From Escherichia virus KFS-EC3, in the sequence record MZ065353.1: a stretch of 64,000 nucleotides of DNA; one strand, 5' to 3'. The position numbers and the translations under genes are program-made. Of this stretch, positions 7,041-17,867 are shown in pieces. How positions within the stretch are numbered: position 1 is the stretch's first letter; each line of letters begins with the position of its first letter. Under the pieces are notes generated by a model that saw only the letters and a list, made by a program, of their open reading frames with translations, made no database searches and was not told where the DNA came from.

Positions 7041-9137
7041 ATGATGGAACTCATTACAGAATTATTTGACGAAGATACTACTCTTCCGATTACAAACTTA
7101 AATCCAAAGAAGAAAATACCACAAATTTTTTCAGTTCATGTTGATGACGCAATTGAACAACCAGGCTTTCGTTTATGTACCTATACATCTGGAGGTGATA
7201 CTAATCGCGATTTAAAAATGGGCGATAAAATGATGCATATTGTTCCTTTTACATTAACTGCTAAAGGTTCAATTGCTAAATTAAAAGGTCTCGGTCCAAG
7301 CCCAATTAATTACATCAATTCAGTTTTTACTGTTGCGATGCAGACGATGCGTCAGTATAAAATTGATGCCTGTATGCTTCGTATTCTTAAGTCTAAAACT
7401 GCTGGTCAAGCTCGACAAATTCAAGTTATTGCTGATAGACTTATCCGCAGTCGTTCAGGTGGCAGATACGTCCTTCTTAAGAAACTCTGGGATTACGATA
7501 AAAAGTATGCATATATTCTTATACATCGCAAAAATGTATCACTAGAAGACATTCCAGGAGTTCCGGAAATTAGCACCGAGCTCTTTACTAAAGTTGAATC
7601 GAAGGTCGGTGATGTTTATATCAATAAAGATACTGGAGCTCAAGTAACTAAAAATGAGGCAATTGCTGCATCTATTGCGCAAGAAAATGATAAACGTTCT
7701 GACCAAGCTGTAATCGTTAAAGTTAAAATTTCCCGTAGAGCAATTGCACAAAGTCAGTCATTAGAATCTTCTAGATTTGAAAGCGAATTATTCCAGAAGT
7801 ATGAATCTACCGCAGCTAATTTCAATAAACCTGCTACCGCTCCTTTAATTCCCGAAGCAGAAGAAATGAAACTTGGAATTAATTCATTAGCTTCTAAAAC
7901 TAAGGCAGCAAAAATTATTGCCGAAGGAACCACAGATGAACTTCATTATGACTATAAATTCTTTTCAAAAAGTGAGGTTAATGAAGTTTCTGAAAAAATT
8001 AAAGACGTAATTTTTAACGCGATCAAAAATGAACCGACTACTTCAATAAAATGTTTAGAGAAGTATGCAGCAGCTATTAATAAATTCTTTGAAGAATATA
8101 AAGATAATTGGCTTGATAAACATAATAAAACCCGTAAAGGACAGCCAGATGAAGTCTGGGAAGAAATGACTAAAAATTCCTGGAACGCAGCAAAAACTAA
8201 ATTCCTCAAAAGAATGATTTATAGTTTTTCTGGAATTGGTGCAGGTCCAATGATTGATATTACTATTGCCCGTGATGGTTCTAAATATACTCCATCACAA
8301 AAGCGCGGCATTAGAGAGTATTGCGGTTCAGGATATACTGACATCAATAATCTTCTTTTAGGACGCTACAATCCAGAACGATATGATGTAATGAGTGAAA
8401 AAGAAATTGAATCTGCTATAAATAACTTAGATTCAGCTTTTGAAAATGGTGACCGTATACCAGAAGGCATTACAGTTTATCGTGCTCAAAGTATGACTGC
8501 TCCTATATACGAAGCACTAGTTAAAAATAAAGTGTTCTATTTCAGAAATTTTGTATCTACTTCTTTAACTCCTATCATTTTTGGACGTTTTGGAATTACA
8601 CATGCTGGTATTGGTCTTTTAGAACCAGAAGCTCGTAATGAACTGACAGTTGATAAAAATGAAGAAGGAATAACTATTAATCCAAACGAAATAAGAGCGT
8701 ATAAAGAAAATCCTGAATACGTTAAAGTTCAAATAGGATGGGCAATTGATGGAGCTCATAAAGTTAATGTTGTATATCCAGGAAGTCTCGGAATAGCAAC
8801 AGAAGCTGAAGTTATTCTACCACGCGGATTGATGGTCAAAGTTAATAAAATAACTGATGCTTCTAATAATGACGGAACAACATCTAATAATACAAAACTC
8901 ATTCAAGCTGAAGTTATGACTACGGAAGAACTCACCGAATCAGTAATTTATGACGGTGATCGTCTAATGGAAACTGGTGAAGTAGTTGCAATGACAGGTG
9001 ATATTGAAATAGAAGACAGAGTTGACTTTGCATCATTTGTTTCATCAAATGTTAAACAAAAAGTAGAATCATCTCTTGGAATTATTGCGTCTTGCATAGA
9101 TATTACAAACATGCCTTACAAGTTCGTTCAAGGATAA
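7041..9137 (+). CDS. Alt-like ADP-ribosyltransferase, paralog 1
   Basis: 698 aa; N-terminus MELITE; R-S-E type ART signatures YRAQ, FVSTSL, EAEVILPRG. Confidence 0.75.
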   Translation: MMELITELFDEDTTLPITNLNPKKKIPQIFSVHVDDAIEQPGFRLCTYTSGGDTNRDLKMGDKMMHIVPFTLTAKGSIAKLKGLGPSPINYINSVFTVAMQTMRQYKIDACMLRILKSKTAGQARQIQVIADRLIRSRSGGRYVLLKKLWDYDKKYAYILIHRKNVSLEDIPGVPEISTELFTKVESKVGDVYINKDTGAQVTKNEAIAASIAQENDKRSDQAVIVKVKISRRAIAQSQSLESSRFESELFQKYESTAANFNKPATAPLIPEAEEMKLGINSLASKTKAAKIIAEGTTDELHYDYKFFSKSEVNEVSEKIKDVIFNAIKNEPTTSIKCLEKYAAAINKFFEEYKDNWLDKHNKTRKGQPDEVWEEMTKNSWNAAKTKFLKRMIYSFSGIGAGPMIDITIARDGSKYTPSQKRGIREYCGSGYTDINNLLLGRYNPERYDVMSEKEIESAINNLDSAFENGDRIPEGITVYRAQSMTAPIYEALVKNKVFYFRNFVSTSLTPIIFGRFGITHAGIGLLEPEARNELTVDKNEEGITINPNEIRAYKENPEYVKVQIGWAIDGAHKVNVVYPGSLGIATEAEVILPRGLMVKVNKITDASNNDGTTSNNTKLIQAEVMTTEELTESVIYDGDRLMETGEVVAMTGDIEIEDRVDFASFVSSNVKQKVESSLGIIASCIDITNMPYKFVQG

Positions 9138-9140
9138 ATC

Positions 9141-11198
9141 ATGGAACTTATTACAGAATTATTTGACGGCGCTTCGGCGCCGGTTGTTAACTTAAATCCT
9201 AAGCATAAAATACCTCAAATTTTTGCTATTCAAGCCGGTGAAGAAAGCGTGCTTCCTGGATTTAGATTTTGTACATACACCTCTGGCGGTGATACAAATA
9301 AAAACGTTAAGCCAGGCGATAAAATGATGCATATCGTAATGATAGGTGTCAATGAGAAACTATCATTAGTTAAACTTAAAAACTTGGGTGGAAATCCAAT
9401 TGGTGTCATTAATGCGGTTTTTGATACTGCTCTTCAAACAATGAAACAGTATAAAATTGATGCATGCCTATTCCGCGTACTAAAAAGTAAAACAAATGGC
9501 GCAGCTCGTCAAATGCAAGTTATTGCTGACCGTTTAGTACGTACTAAAGGAGCAGGTCGATATGTTCTTTTAAAGGAAATCTGGGATTATGATAAAAAGT
9601 ATGCATATATTATGGTTTACCGTAAAAATGCCAATTTAAAAGACATTCCAGGTGTACCTCCTATTTCAACTGAGTTATTCACAAAAGTTGAATCAAAGGT
9701 TGGTGATGTTTATGTAGATGTTAAAACAGGTAATGCTGTTCCTAAAGCTGTTGCTGTTGCTGCTTCTATTGCTTTAGAAAATGATAAGCGCACGGATCAA
9801 GCTGTTATTCAGAAAACTAAAATTAGTCGTCGATTGGCAGCACAAGCTCAATATTCTACTGTCGATGCTTCGCTTCAGGGTGATAGCTTCGCTGCCAAGA
9901 AATATCAAGAGTTTGAATCTAAAGTTCCGGTATATAAAGCAGAAGGACCAATGAACTCTGGTGTTATTCAGATTGGTTCAAACTTCGGCAAAGGAGCTAT
10001 CGGTGGTATGAGAAGTGCTTCTCGTTTTAAATCTAACGATTATGAACTAGAAAGCTTCCGAAATCATATTGCATTGGCCCATGCACGTTTACGTGATCCG
10101 TCTATCAGACTGCAGAGCGATATAACACATCAAGGTTCTCAAGAATATTTAAAGAATAAAGAATTTTTTGATTATAAAACCGATAAAATTTTGAGCGATC
10201 TCGCTGACATTAATATTTCTAATAGCTTTGATGTTATTAAGAAAATTATCAATGATTTAGTTAAAGGTTCTAAAGCCACACCAGACGAAAAGGTAGCTAT
10301 TATTCAATTTGTCATGAATGGCATTTATAAATTGATTAATGAATCTGCTGCTCAGGCATATGAATACGCAAGCACCGAAGTAACTCCAAAAGGACTGACT
10401 CAGGCTGAGTCTGATGTAATTGAAGATTATTGTGCAGATTCATATGTTGAAATGAACTCGTTCCTCTTGGGTAAACCAGATTCTACCCGTGAAGAATATA
10501 TGGAACGAGCTATTAAACACATCGAGACGCTGGATTCTGCCTTTGCCAAAGGTTCAGTTCTTCCTCCAGGAACTACGCTTTATCGTGGACAAGAAGTTAC
10601 TTTTAAAACTTTACGCCATAATATTGAAAATAAAATGTTCTATTTCAAGAACTTCGTATCAACATCGCTTAAACCAAATATCTTCGGTGAGCATGGTAAA
10701 AACTATATGGCTCTAGATGATTCCGGCGCAGTATTTTCTGGTGAAGGAGAAGGTTCTGTTGATGCTGAAGATTTAATGCATATGGGCAGTCATTCTGCTT
10801 ATGCGAATGAAGATGCTGAAACTAGCGTAGGTATGGTAATAAAAGGAGCTGAGCGAATTAAAGTTATCGTTCCAGGTCATTTATCGGGATTTCCATCAGA
10901 AGCTGAAGTTATTCTACCGCGTGGAATTTTGTTGAAGATTAATAAAGTAAGCACGTACATGATGAAAGAAACTGCTTATAACAAGTATCTAATCGAAGGC
11001 ACAATCGTTCCTCCTTCTGAACAATTAGAAGAATCGGTATATGATGGCGATCATCTAATGGAAACTGGTGAAGTTCGTCCAATGGCTGGGTTTAATCAAT
11101 TCCTTGTAGAAGAATCAAAAGAAGAGGAAAACGAAGTTTCTCAAATCTTGGCTTCTTTGGTTAACATCAACGGAATGTCTAAAAAGTTCAAGATGTAG
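9141..11198 (+). CDS. alt: Alt-like ADP-ribosyltransferase, paralog 2
   Basis: 685 aa (T4 Alt is about 682); N-terminus MELITE; YRGQ, FVSTSL, EAEVILPRG. Confidence 0.8.
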   Translation: MELITELFDGASAPVVNLNPKHKIPQIFAIQAGEESVLPGFRFCTYTSGGDTNKNVKPGDKMMHIVMIGVNEKLSLVKLKNLGGNPIGVINAVFDTALQTMKQYKIDACLFRVLKSKTNGAARQMQVIADRLVRTKGAGRYVLLKEIWDYDKKYAYIMVYRKNANLKDIPGVPPISTELFTKVESKVGDVYVDVKTGNAVPKAVAVAASIALENDKRTDQAVIQKTKISRRLAAQAQYSTVDASLQGDSFAAKKYQEFESKVPVYKAEGPMNSGVIQIGSNFGKGAIGGMRSASRFKSNDYELESFRNHIALAHARLRDPSIRLQSDITHQGSQEYLKNKEFFDYKTDKILSDLADINISNSFDVIKKIINDLVKGSKATPDEKVAIIQFVMNGIYKLINESAAQAYEYASTEVTPKGLTQAESDVIEDYCADSYVEMNSFLLGKPDSTREEYMERAIKHIETLDSAFAKGSVLPPGTTLYRGQEVTFKTLRHNIENKMFYFKNFVSTSLKPNIFGEHGKNYMALDDSGAVFSGEGEGSVDAEDLMHMGSHSAYANEDAETSVGMVIKGAERIKVIVPGHLSGFPSEAEVILPRGILLKINKVSTYMMKETAYNKYLIEGTIVPPSEQLEESVYDGDHLMETGEVRPMAGFNQFLVEESKEEENEVSQILASLVNINGMSKKFKM

Positions 11199-11230
11199 TT
11201 TACAAGTCCCTCGTGTTGTGTTATAGTAAT
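11198..11230 (+). promoter_or_regulatory. T4-type early promoter inside a stem-loop (PeSL-like cassette)
   Basis: GTTTAC, 17 nt, then TTATAGTAAT; flanking inverted repeat CCTCGTGTT/AACATGAGG. Confidence 0.45.
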
Positions 11231-11258
11231 CTTACTGACATAACATGAGGAACACAAA

Positions 11259-11549
11259 ATGAAATCTTCTTTACGCTTTTTAGGTCAAGAACTTGTAGTT
11301 GAAGGCGTTATTCCTGCTGATAACGCTTTTAATGAAGCAGTTTATGATGAATTTATCAAAATTTTTGGAACAGATAAAAAGTTCGGAATTTTTCCTTCTG
11401 AAAATTTTTCAAAGCCAGAACAGACTGAAAGCATTTTCCAAGGTGTAGTAACAGGTAAATTTGAGTCAGAAGCTCCGGTAAAAATTGAAGTTTATATTGA
11501 AGACAGTTTAGTTGCTTCAGTTGCTGCTTTCATTTCATTCCGTAAATAA
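11259..11549 (+). CDS. hypothetical protein
   Basis: 96 aa ORF with GAGGAA RBS. Confidence 0.5.
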   Translation: MKSSLRFLGQELVVEGVIPADNAFNEAVYDEFIKIFGTDKKFGIFPSENFSKPEQTESIFQGVVTGKFESEAPVKIEVYIEDSLVASVAAFISFRK

Positions 11550-11554
11550 AAATA

Positions 11555-11574
11555 TGGGGACCTTTCGGTCCCCA
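11555..11574. terminator. bidirectional terminator hairpin
   Basis: TGGGGACC-TTTC-GGTCCCCA between convergent genes. Confidence 0.55.
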
Positions 11575-11577
11575 TTG

Positions 11578-12543
11578 TTATATTGCTCCTAATATTTTAC
11601 TTTGCGAATTGACAATTCCTGTCATAGTATTAATGTTTGAAATGCTTCCAGCAGTTCCCCCTAATCTACTAAGTCGTGAAAGCGAATTAGATAATCCAGT
11701 AACACCTCCACTATTTCCGAGAACGCTTTGAATGCCATTTATAGCAGCAGATTCAAGCCACTCAAGCGCAGCTTGTCTATCAACCGACCCGGCCTGCATG
11801 ACTCTATACGCAAAAGTAACATCAAATGTAGTTATTTGGTTATCTCCATCATATGATAACTCAGGAGCGCTCACTGACACTGGAATGCATCCGGTGAACA
11901 TCACCGCAGTATGAGGTAATCCATTACGAGCATGAAGATTAACCTGAATATCTGCCTCGACATCTTGCGGCAAAGCACGCAGTCCAGTTACTGGGTCTTG
12001 AACAGCGTTAACCCAGTCTTGCATTGCACGATAGTTACAAGCTTCTGAATCCATTCTAAATGAAATAACCAAAGGGTCTAATTCTCTCCCAGTTATACGA
12101 ATATTAGGAGAGTTATAATTCCAGTCAGTTTCATAGGATAATCTATTCTCTGGCATTTTTACAGAATATATCATCAATCCAGATGAGTTATATGCCATAT
12201 TAAAGAAGTCAATTAAATATGTACCAACTGTAAATGAGCCCAATAAACTTTGAACTGTACGTTGACTCATGGCACCAATAAGATATTTACTAACCCCTGA
12301 TTTTCTTATCAGTTTTTGTGTGCCAGCAGTAATTAGCGTGGTAATTCCCTGATTAATATCGCCTTGAGACAATCCTAACCAGTCTGAATTTAGACCCAAG
12401 TTATTATAAGAAAAGTTGCTAATTGAACTTATCAACGAAGAGCTTTTAGTTGATGGAGTTGTCGCAAAAACGCAGCTAAACATATTATTACGCTGGAAAT
12501 CTGCGTTTATTGCTTGATTATTAAATTCCTCTAAAGAATACAT
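11578..12543 (-). CDS. 54: baseplate tail-tube initiator gp54
   Basis: 321 aa; length and order as T4. Confidence 0.8.
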   Translation of the reverse strand: MYSLEEFNNQAINADFQRNNMFSCVFATTPSTKSSSLISSISNFSYNNLGLNSDWLGLSQGDINQGITTLITAGTQKLIRKSGVSKYLIGAMSQRTVQSLLGSFTVGTYLIDFFNMAYNSSGLMIYSVKMPENRLSYETDWNYNSPNIRITGRELDPLVISFRMDSEACNYRAMQDWVNAVQDPVTGLRALPQDVEADIQVNLHARNGLPHTAVMFTGCIPVSVSAPELSYDGDNQITTFDVTFAYRVMQAGSVDRQAALEWLESAAINGIQSVLGNSGGVTGLSNSLSRLSRLGGTAGSISNINTMTGIVNSQSKILGAI

Positions 12544-13637
12544 TAAAAAGTCCCCGCATATAAAGAAGCACGGTTTAACGTGATAATTTCTCTCATAGTA
12601 ATCTCAAGAGTAAATGTACTAGGGAGGTTTGGAGCAATAGCTAATCCGTTAAAGTTACCATTAGGTGTTTTATCAAATCTGATGCTCTGTATTTGACATG
12701 GGCCAAATATTTCCGTTTTTCCATCAAACTTAGATGTTGCACCAAAGTTTTTCACCATCCAAATTGTTGGGTTTGAAACTACTAGAACGTTAGTTAAACT
12801 CGATGTCATTTTCTCAAATAGTGTTTTATTTTTAGCTGCGTCTTCCGGAGATAAAGGTTCAATTAACGTAGAACGATACCAATCATCTAAATACCCCTTT
12901 ATTTCAGCAGCATATTGAGATTTGCCCGTTTCACCATAAGAAAAATAGTTAAAATATTGATAGATATTGATAATAGCCATCAAATCTTCTGTTGAACGTG
13001 GAGTCAAATCCCATGTAAACACTTTAGTTCTATTCTCAGCACCGCCATACATACTTCTGGCTGTCGTATAAATCTGTTCATTATTATCAGCCATTATACC
13101 TTGTGTTATACTTTCCAGTGCCCCAAATACTGCAGTTGAAGCAATATTACTTAACACACCAGTAGCAGTACCTCCGCCTCTGCTGATAAGACTTTCTTGA
13201 ACATCATTAAATCTATGTGATGATGTATCAACGTCAGATTTAGATCTCGGTAAAAGAATGTTTGCGACAGGAGCTTTACTTATTGTTCCTGAATTATTGT
13301 TTGATATTAATCCATTTGATAGTTTTGATACTGTACTACTAATAGTGTTTCTAGCTGTACTTAAAATACTCGAAGATGAAGAAGAGTAGTTAGATCTCAT
13401 CGATCTAAGACTTCCAGAATCCCTAGATGACATATTGTATGCAGTAAATAATAATCCATTCTTATATAGATCTGTTACCTGGAAGTCCCCTGTAGTGTCA
13501 TTACCACTAGCACGCCCAGTTGGAAACTGGGCAGTGTATGTTTTAGTTGCTACTTCTGATTTAGTACTCTGTCCGGCTGAAATTTTCTCACCGGACTTTT
13601 TAATTAAATCAGCAGTTATTTCTTTAACAATTGCCAT
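12543..13637 (-). CDS. 48: baseplate tail-tube cap gp48
   Basis: 364 aa as T4 gp48; synteny. Confidence 0.8.
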   Translation of the reverse strand: MAIVKEITADLIKKSGEKISAGQSTKSEVATKTYTAQFPTGRASGNDTTGDFQVTDLYKNGLLFTAYNMSSRDSGSLRSMRSNYSSSSSSILSTARNTISSTVSKLSNGLISNNNSGTISKAPVANILLPRSKSDVDTSSHRFNDVQESLISRGGGTATGVLSNIASTAVFGALESITQGIMADNNEQIYTTARSMYGGAENRTKVFTWDLTPRSTEDLMAIINIYQYFNYFSYGETGKSQYAAEIKGYLDDWYRSTLIEPLSPEDAAKNKTLFEKMTSSLTNVLVVSNPTIWMVKNFGATSKFDGKTEIFGPCQIQSIRFDKTPNGNFNGLAIAPNLPSTFTLEITMREIITLNRASLYAGTF

Positions 13638-13645
13638 ATTATTCC

Positions 13646-15418
13646 TTAATTAACTCCAGTCGCATCAAATACACCAGGAGCAGTCGTGCTCGTTACAGGT
13701 GTCATATTATGAACGACAGTATTTTTCTTAATAACATTATTAGTATTATTGATCGAAGGAGATGCTTGTTGAACAGGAGCTTGCTGTGCTTTGTTCTTTT
13801 CTATTACCTGGACTTGTTTTGCTTCTGGCGATTTAGCAGAAGTTTCAGGTTTGGCATTAGGCTGATTTTTCTTGAGCTCTTGATAAGTAGCATCAATTTT
13901 AGAAAATCTAGCAGCAAGTTCTTTTTTAACTGCCGGTGAATTATTTAAATCCGGGTCATCCATTCGTTTTTTAAGGTCTTCATAGGCAGCTTCAACTGAT
14001 TTAACCGTTGAGTCTTTACTCATATCAGCCGAATCAGCGTATTTTTCAAAACGAATCATCGCGGCACGAGCTTCATTAGCTTTCATTAAAGCATTTTTTC
14101 TTTCTTCAGGTGAAAGTTGCTTTAATTTTTCTTCTTCTGCTGCGCGTTCTTCATCGGTTGTCAATGCTTCTTTATTATCAACGCCACGAATCCAGTTAGA
14201 TGCACGGGTTTTCCAATTAGCAATTTTATCTAATCCTTTTGCTATTGGACCAAGATCGTCATTCATTCGTTTATCTTGATAATTTGCTACTTTTTCTTGG
14301 TCTTCTTTATTGAGAGATGCTCCAGTAGAATTTTGGAAATTTTCCAGCGCTCTTCCTTCTACTTCATCAGCGGTATCCTTCATACCAGGAATAACTCGAA
14401 GAATTGCTGCTGATAATTTAGCCATTCCAAGCTGAATAAGTTCTCCTAAATTATAAAGAACCTTTCCAAGCCCTTCTACAATAGCTACCGTCAAACCGCC
14501 CCAATCTCCCTCTTCCCAGAATTTTTTAATTTCATCAATAGAACTAAAGATGCTCTGTAATAAAGGACCCCATGTTCCGGTTTCGCTAGAGAATTTAGTA
14601 AAGTTTGAACTAAACAAATCCCAAGCCTGCGAAAATTTATCTGACCAATATTTAAAGTGAACCATCAGCAAATCTATTCCAACAACAACAGCCAATATCA
14701 TTGCAGTCATTTTAGCAGCTTCAATAGCAGCACTGACAGTATACTTAAATAGCATGCTTGATATTTTATCAGTAATTGAAATAGATTTCTTAAATCCGAA
14801 ATCAACAGTCTTTGTTAATTTATCTAAAGCTTGAGATAATTTTAAGTTAAATGCGTCTTTTTTCTGTTTTTCTTCTGGCGATTCTTGTTTGGGTTCAACT
14901 GGCTGAGGGGTAGGGAAAAAATCAGCATCAGGATCATTATTAACTGCTTCAGGAGCCGGTAATAAAGGACCCACGGATTCAGCTGTATCGTCCTCAACAA
15001 CTTTAACAGGAATAGCGCTTTCAACCGTAGCTAAACTAGTTCCTGTTTGTTGAATTCCGGCTGTCTGGATTTTTTGCTCTAGTAAACTCGTTAATTTATC
15101 TAATTTACTTCCGAGCGATTCGCCAATTTCTTTATTAATATTGTTGCCAATTTCGACAGTTTCAGCAATTAACTCAGAACCAGCAGTAGTATCACTCACT
15201 GCGTTTTCTACGTTGTCAATTGCTCCAATTATTTCATTCGATTTTTCTTCGACAGTTTGAGCAATTAATTCAGAAGCAGCTTGAGCATCATCCAATTTCG
15301 TAGATATATCGTTAAGTCCAGATAGAGTATTGGAAGCGGATTTAGCCGCTTCCTGTGTTGGTTTATTATCTGAAATAACTTTTCTACGCATCGTTTGCAT
15401 TTCTTGTGGCTTTTTCAT
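13646..15418 (-). CDS. 29: tail length tape-measure / baseplate hub protein gp29
   Basis: 590 aa as T4 gp29; coiled-coil-rich composition. Confidence 0.8.
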   Translation of the reverse strand: MKKPQEMQTMRRKVISDNKPTQEAAKSASNTLSGLNDISTKLDDAQAASELIAQTVEEKSNEIIGAIDNVENAVSDTTAGSELIAETVEIGNNINKEIGESLGSKLDKLTSLLEQKIQTAGIQQTGTSLATVESAIPVKVVEDDTAESVGPLLPAPEAVNNDPDADFFPTPQPVEPKQESPEEKQKKDAFNLKLSQALDKLTKTVDFGFKKSISITDKISSMLFKYTVSAAIEAAKMTAMILAVVVGIDLLMVHFKYWSDKFSQAWDLFSSNFTKFSSETGTWGPLLQSIFSSIDEIKKFWEEGDWGGLTVAIVEGLGKVLYNLGELIQLGMAKLSAAILRVIPGMKDTADEVEGRALENFQNSTGASLNKEDQEKVANYQDKRMNDDLGPIAKGLDKIANWKTRASNWIRGVDNKEALTTDEERAAEEEKLKQLSPEERKNALMKANEARAAMIRFEKYADSADMSKDSTVKSVEAAYEDLKKRMDDPDLNNSPAVKKELAARFSKIDATYQELKKNQPNAKPETSAKSPEAKQVQVIEKNKAQQAPVQQASPSINNTNNVIKKNTVVHNMTPVTSTTAPGVFDATGVN

Positions 15419-15948
15419 TCAAATAATCCAATAATATTGCCAATTCCGGTTATTGGACCATTAGGGCCAGGAATTGCTAAAGTTGTAAAAATATCATTTG
15501 CCCATTTTAAAACGAATGCTGGCATCTCAAGAAAATTAATTTCTTTAACTTCATCATTGACCTTAAGCAAGCATTTGGATAACATATCGCTCACCGTTAA
15601 AAATTGTTCAAATTTTCCAGGAGGTCTAAAATAAAATGTATTTCCTTGGTATTGAAATTCCAATCTTTGGCATACATAAACATCATTAATGTCATAAGTA
15701 TAACCATCTATTTCTTTACGAGATTTAATCTTTCCATTAAATTCCAATAGATGAATAGAAACGAAATCAACTTCTGCCGGTGATAAATTCGGACAAATAG
15801 AATCAATAAGAAGTTTTAAATTTTCATCAGGACCTTTAACATCTTTTAAAATGTTATAATGTTTAAGACCCATTTTAGGAATAGAAACTTCTTTATTGCT
15901 TATTGGAAGAACTACTTTCTTCAGTGGTAGTATCAGATTTAAATTCAT
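15415..15948 (-). CDS. 28: baseplate hub distal subunit gp28
   Basis: 177 aa as T4 gp28; the 5' end overlaps the gp27 3' end so the true start is uncertain. Confidence 0.7.
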   Translation of the reverse strand: MNLNLILPLKKVVLPISNKEVSIPKMGLKHYNILKDVKGPDENLKLLIDSICPNLSPAEVDFVSIHLLEFNGKIKSRKEIDGYTYDINDVYVCQRLEFQYQGNTFYFRPPGKFEQFLTVSDMLSKCLLKVNDEVKEINFLEMPAFVLKWANDIFTTLAIPGPNGPITGIGNIIGLFE

Positions 15949-17068
15949 TTTTAACCTTAACTGGGTCTATTGTTTCCAGTTTCGTTGCATTAGTGAACAT
16001 ATATAGATGAGTTACTGAATTATTATTGGATAATTCATGGATAACTTCATCAACGTAAAATTCTGTTTTAAATTGGTTTTTACTATCATTAAAAATAATT
16101 TTAACGCCAGGAGTCAAGTTAAAATTACCGACAGTAGAACATTTAGCATAACCATCGTATTGTGCCATAGTTTGAAGACGAATAGCTTCTTCATATCCAT
16201 TCCTATAAGTCATTTCAGAATAAGCACCTGACCTTGATACTACAATAGAGTTTTCTCCCTTTCCTGTAGTAATCATTGGCAATGAAGAATCCAAAAACGA
16301 ATGCGCATAGATAGTAGCGTTTTTCATTGGGTCACGTTTGTGAGGATTCGATTTAGTCAACCAAACGAAATCATATGCCAATGGATATTTTAATTCTTGG
16401 ATGAATTGACCTATTAAAGATGGCTCACCGACAATCATTGGATATGGTTCTTGATTTATCATCATATCATAGTCCATCATGTTAACTCCCATGATGTCTT
16501 GCCACACAAATACAAATTTGTCACTTCCTACAGCTAGAGCAACTTCTCTGACATATGACAAATAGTTTTCAAATGTACTAGTCCACGGAATATCAGGAAC
16601 ATAAGCATTTATTGCATTTATTGCTGGAGTTAATAACGTGCGATCCTGATAAATGACACCAAGCATTTCCTTTATAGATTCACCTGCATCAGAGAAAAAC
16701 GGTCTGCCAAATTTAAGATTTTCTATAGAATGAATAGTTCCCAATTCAATAGCAATGATGTTATCACCCTTTGAATCTACAGATACAGAAAAATGCTTAC
16801 ATCCATAAATTCGTGTTTTAACATTATTAATATCGTTTGCATTAGCTACAGAAATCTGAATTATTTCATTTCCATCCATTTTTGTATGGATATTTTTAGA
16901 ATCATAAAACTGCAGCATTCCTTCATTTCGGCCATAAAGAGAATCCCGCATAGTTAATGTGGTAATAGTAGCAGCTAATTCAACAAATCTATTATTACTC
17001 CAAGCGTCGTAGCTATCAAATAATTTAACGCTGAGATTTGGATATCCTGGGCGTTGCAACATACTCAT
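15893..17068 (-). CDS. 27: baseplate hub subunit gp27
   Basis: 391 aa as T4 gp27. Confidence 0.85.
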   Translation of the reverse strand: MSMLQRPGYPNLSVKLFDSYDAWSNNRFVELAATITTLTMRDSLYGRNEGMLQFYDSKNIHTKMDGNEIIQISVANANDINNVKTRIYGCKHFSVSVDSKGDNIIAIELGTIHSIENLKFGRPFFSDAGESIKEMLGVIYQDRTLLTPAINAINAYVPDIPWTSTFENYLSYVREVALAVGSDKFVFVWQDIMGVNMMDYDMMINQEPYPMIVGEPSLIGQFIQELKYPLAYDFVWLTKSNPHKRDPMKNATIYAHSFLDSSLPMITTGKGENSIVVSRSGAYSEMTYRNGYEEAIRLQTMAQYDGYAKCSTVGNFNLTPGVKIIFNDSKNQFKTEFYVDEVIHELSNNNSVTHLYMFTNATKLETIDPVKVKNEFKSDTTTEESSSSNKQ

Positions 17069-17817
17069 TATTGTTTATCCTTCTCAATCAGTTTTAATAC
17101 GAATCCGCGCTCGGCAGGAATCATTTTCATTATTGAATTTAAGCTATAATTACTTTTTACGAGTGTGTGATTAATTTGATAAAAAGTAAATATCTCATCT
17201 GGGTTAACTAATAGCTTAAACACATCTACTATATCAGTGTATTTTTTTACATACTTATTACAACATGACATATGCAATGTTAAATTAATAGGATTCATTG
17301 CATCGAGAATTTTTTCTAATGTTTCTATCTCGATGGCATCAACAAGTTCTATTTGACTTGATTCGCTAATTTCATTCCAATCATACCACATTTCATCTAC
17401 TTGAACGGAATGAATATTTTCAGTAATCATCTTTGCTTTATTTTCATAAAACTCAGAAGGAAACTTTAATTTAATTTTAACATTAGCTACATCAAAAACA
17501 GGTTCCTTTAATTCTTTTTGATATATTTCAAATGGAACTGTCTTTTCTTTTTTACATTTTGGACATACAAATGTGACCGGTACTTTAGTTTTACCTATTG
17601 ACCCTACAAATACCTGCAAAAATATAAATGGTTGCCAAGTCTTCGGATAGTCTCCAAAATAATCGGCAATTAAATCAGCAATTATTTCTTTTTGTTCTTG
17701 TGGTGACCGATGTTCTATATCGTTTCGAACTAACAAAAAATCTCGATAATCTTCTACCGTAAATGGTTTAAAACGATGAACACCATCTGGTAATTTACAA
17801 CGAATAATGTTTGCCAT
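17068..17817 (-). CDS. 51: baseplate hub assembly catalyst gp51
   Basis: 249 aa as T4 gp51. Confidence 0.8.
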   Translation of the reverse strand: MANIIRCKLPDGVHRFKPFTVEDYRDFLLVRNDIEHRSPQEQKEIIADLIADYFGDYPKTWQPFIFLQVFVGSIGKTKVPVTFVCPKCKKEKTVPFEIYQKELKEPVFDVANVKIKLKFPSEFYENKAKMITENIHSVQVDEMWYDWNEISESSQIELVDAIEIETLEKILDAMNPINLTLHMSCCNKYVKKYTDIVDVFKLLVNPDEIFTFYQINHTLVKSNYSLNSIMKMIPAERGFVLKLIEKDKQ

Positions 17818-17834
17818 AGATGCTCCTTTTATTC

Positions 17835-17846
17835 TATTTATAAATA
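17835..17846. promoter_or_regulatory. palindromic bidirectional late promoter
   Basis: TATTTATAAATA reads TATAAATA on both strands, between divergent genes 51 and 26. Confidence 0.55.
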
Positions 17847-17867
17847 TGATAAATAAAGGAGCTAAAT

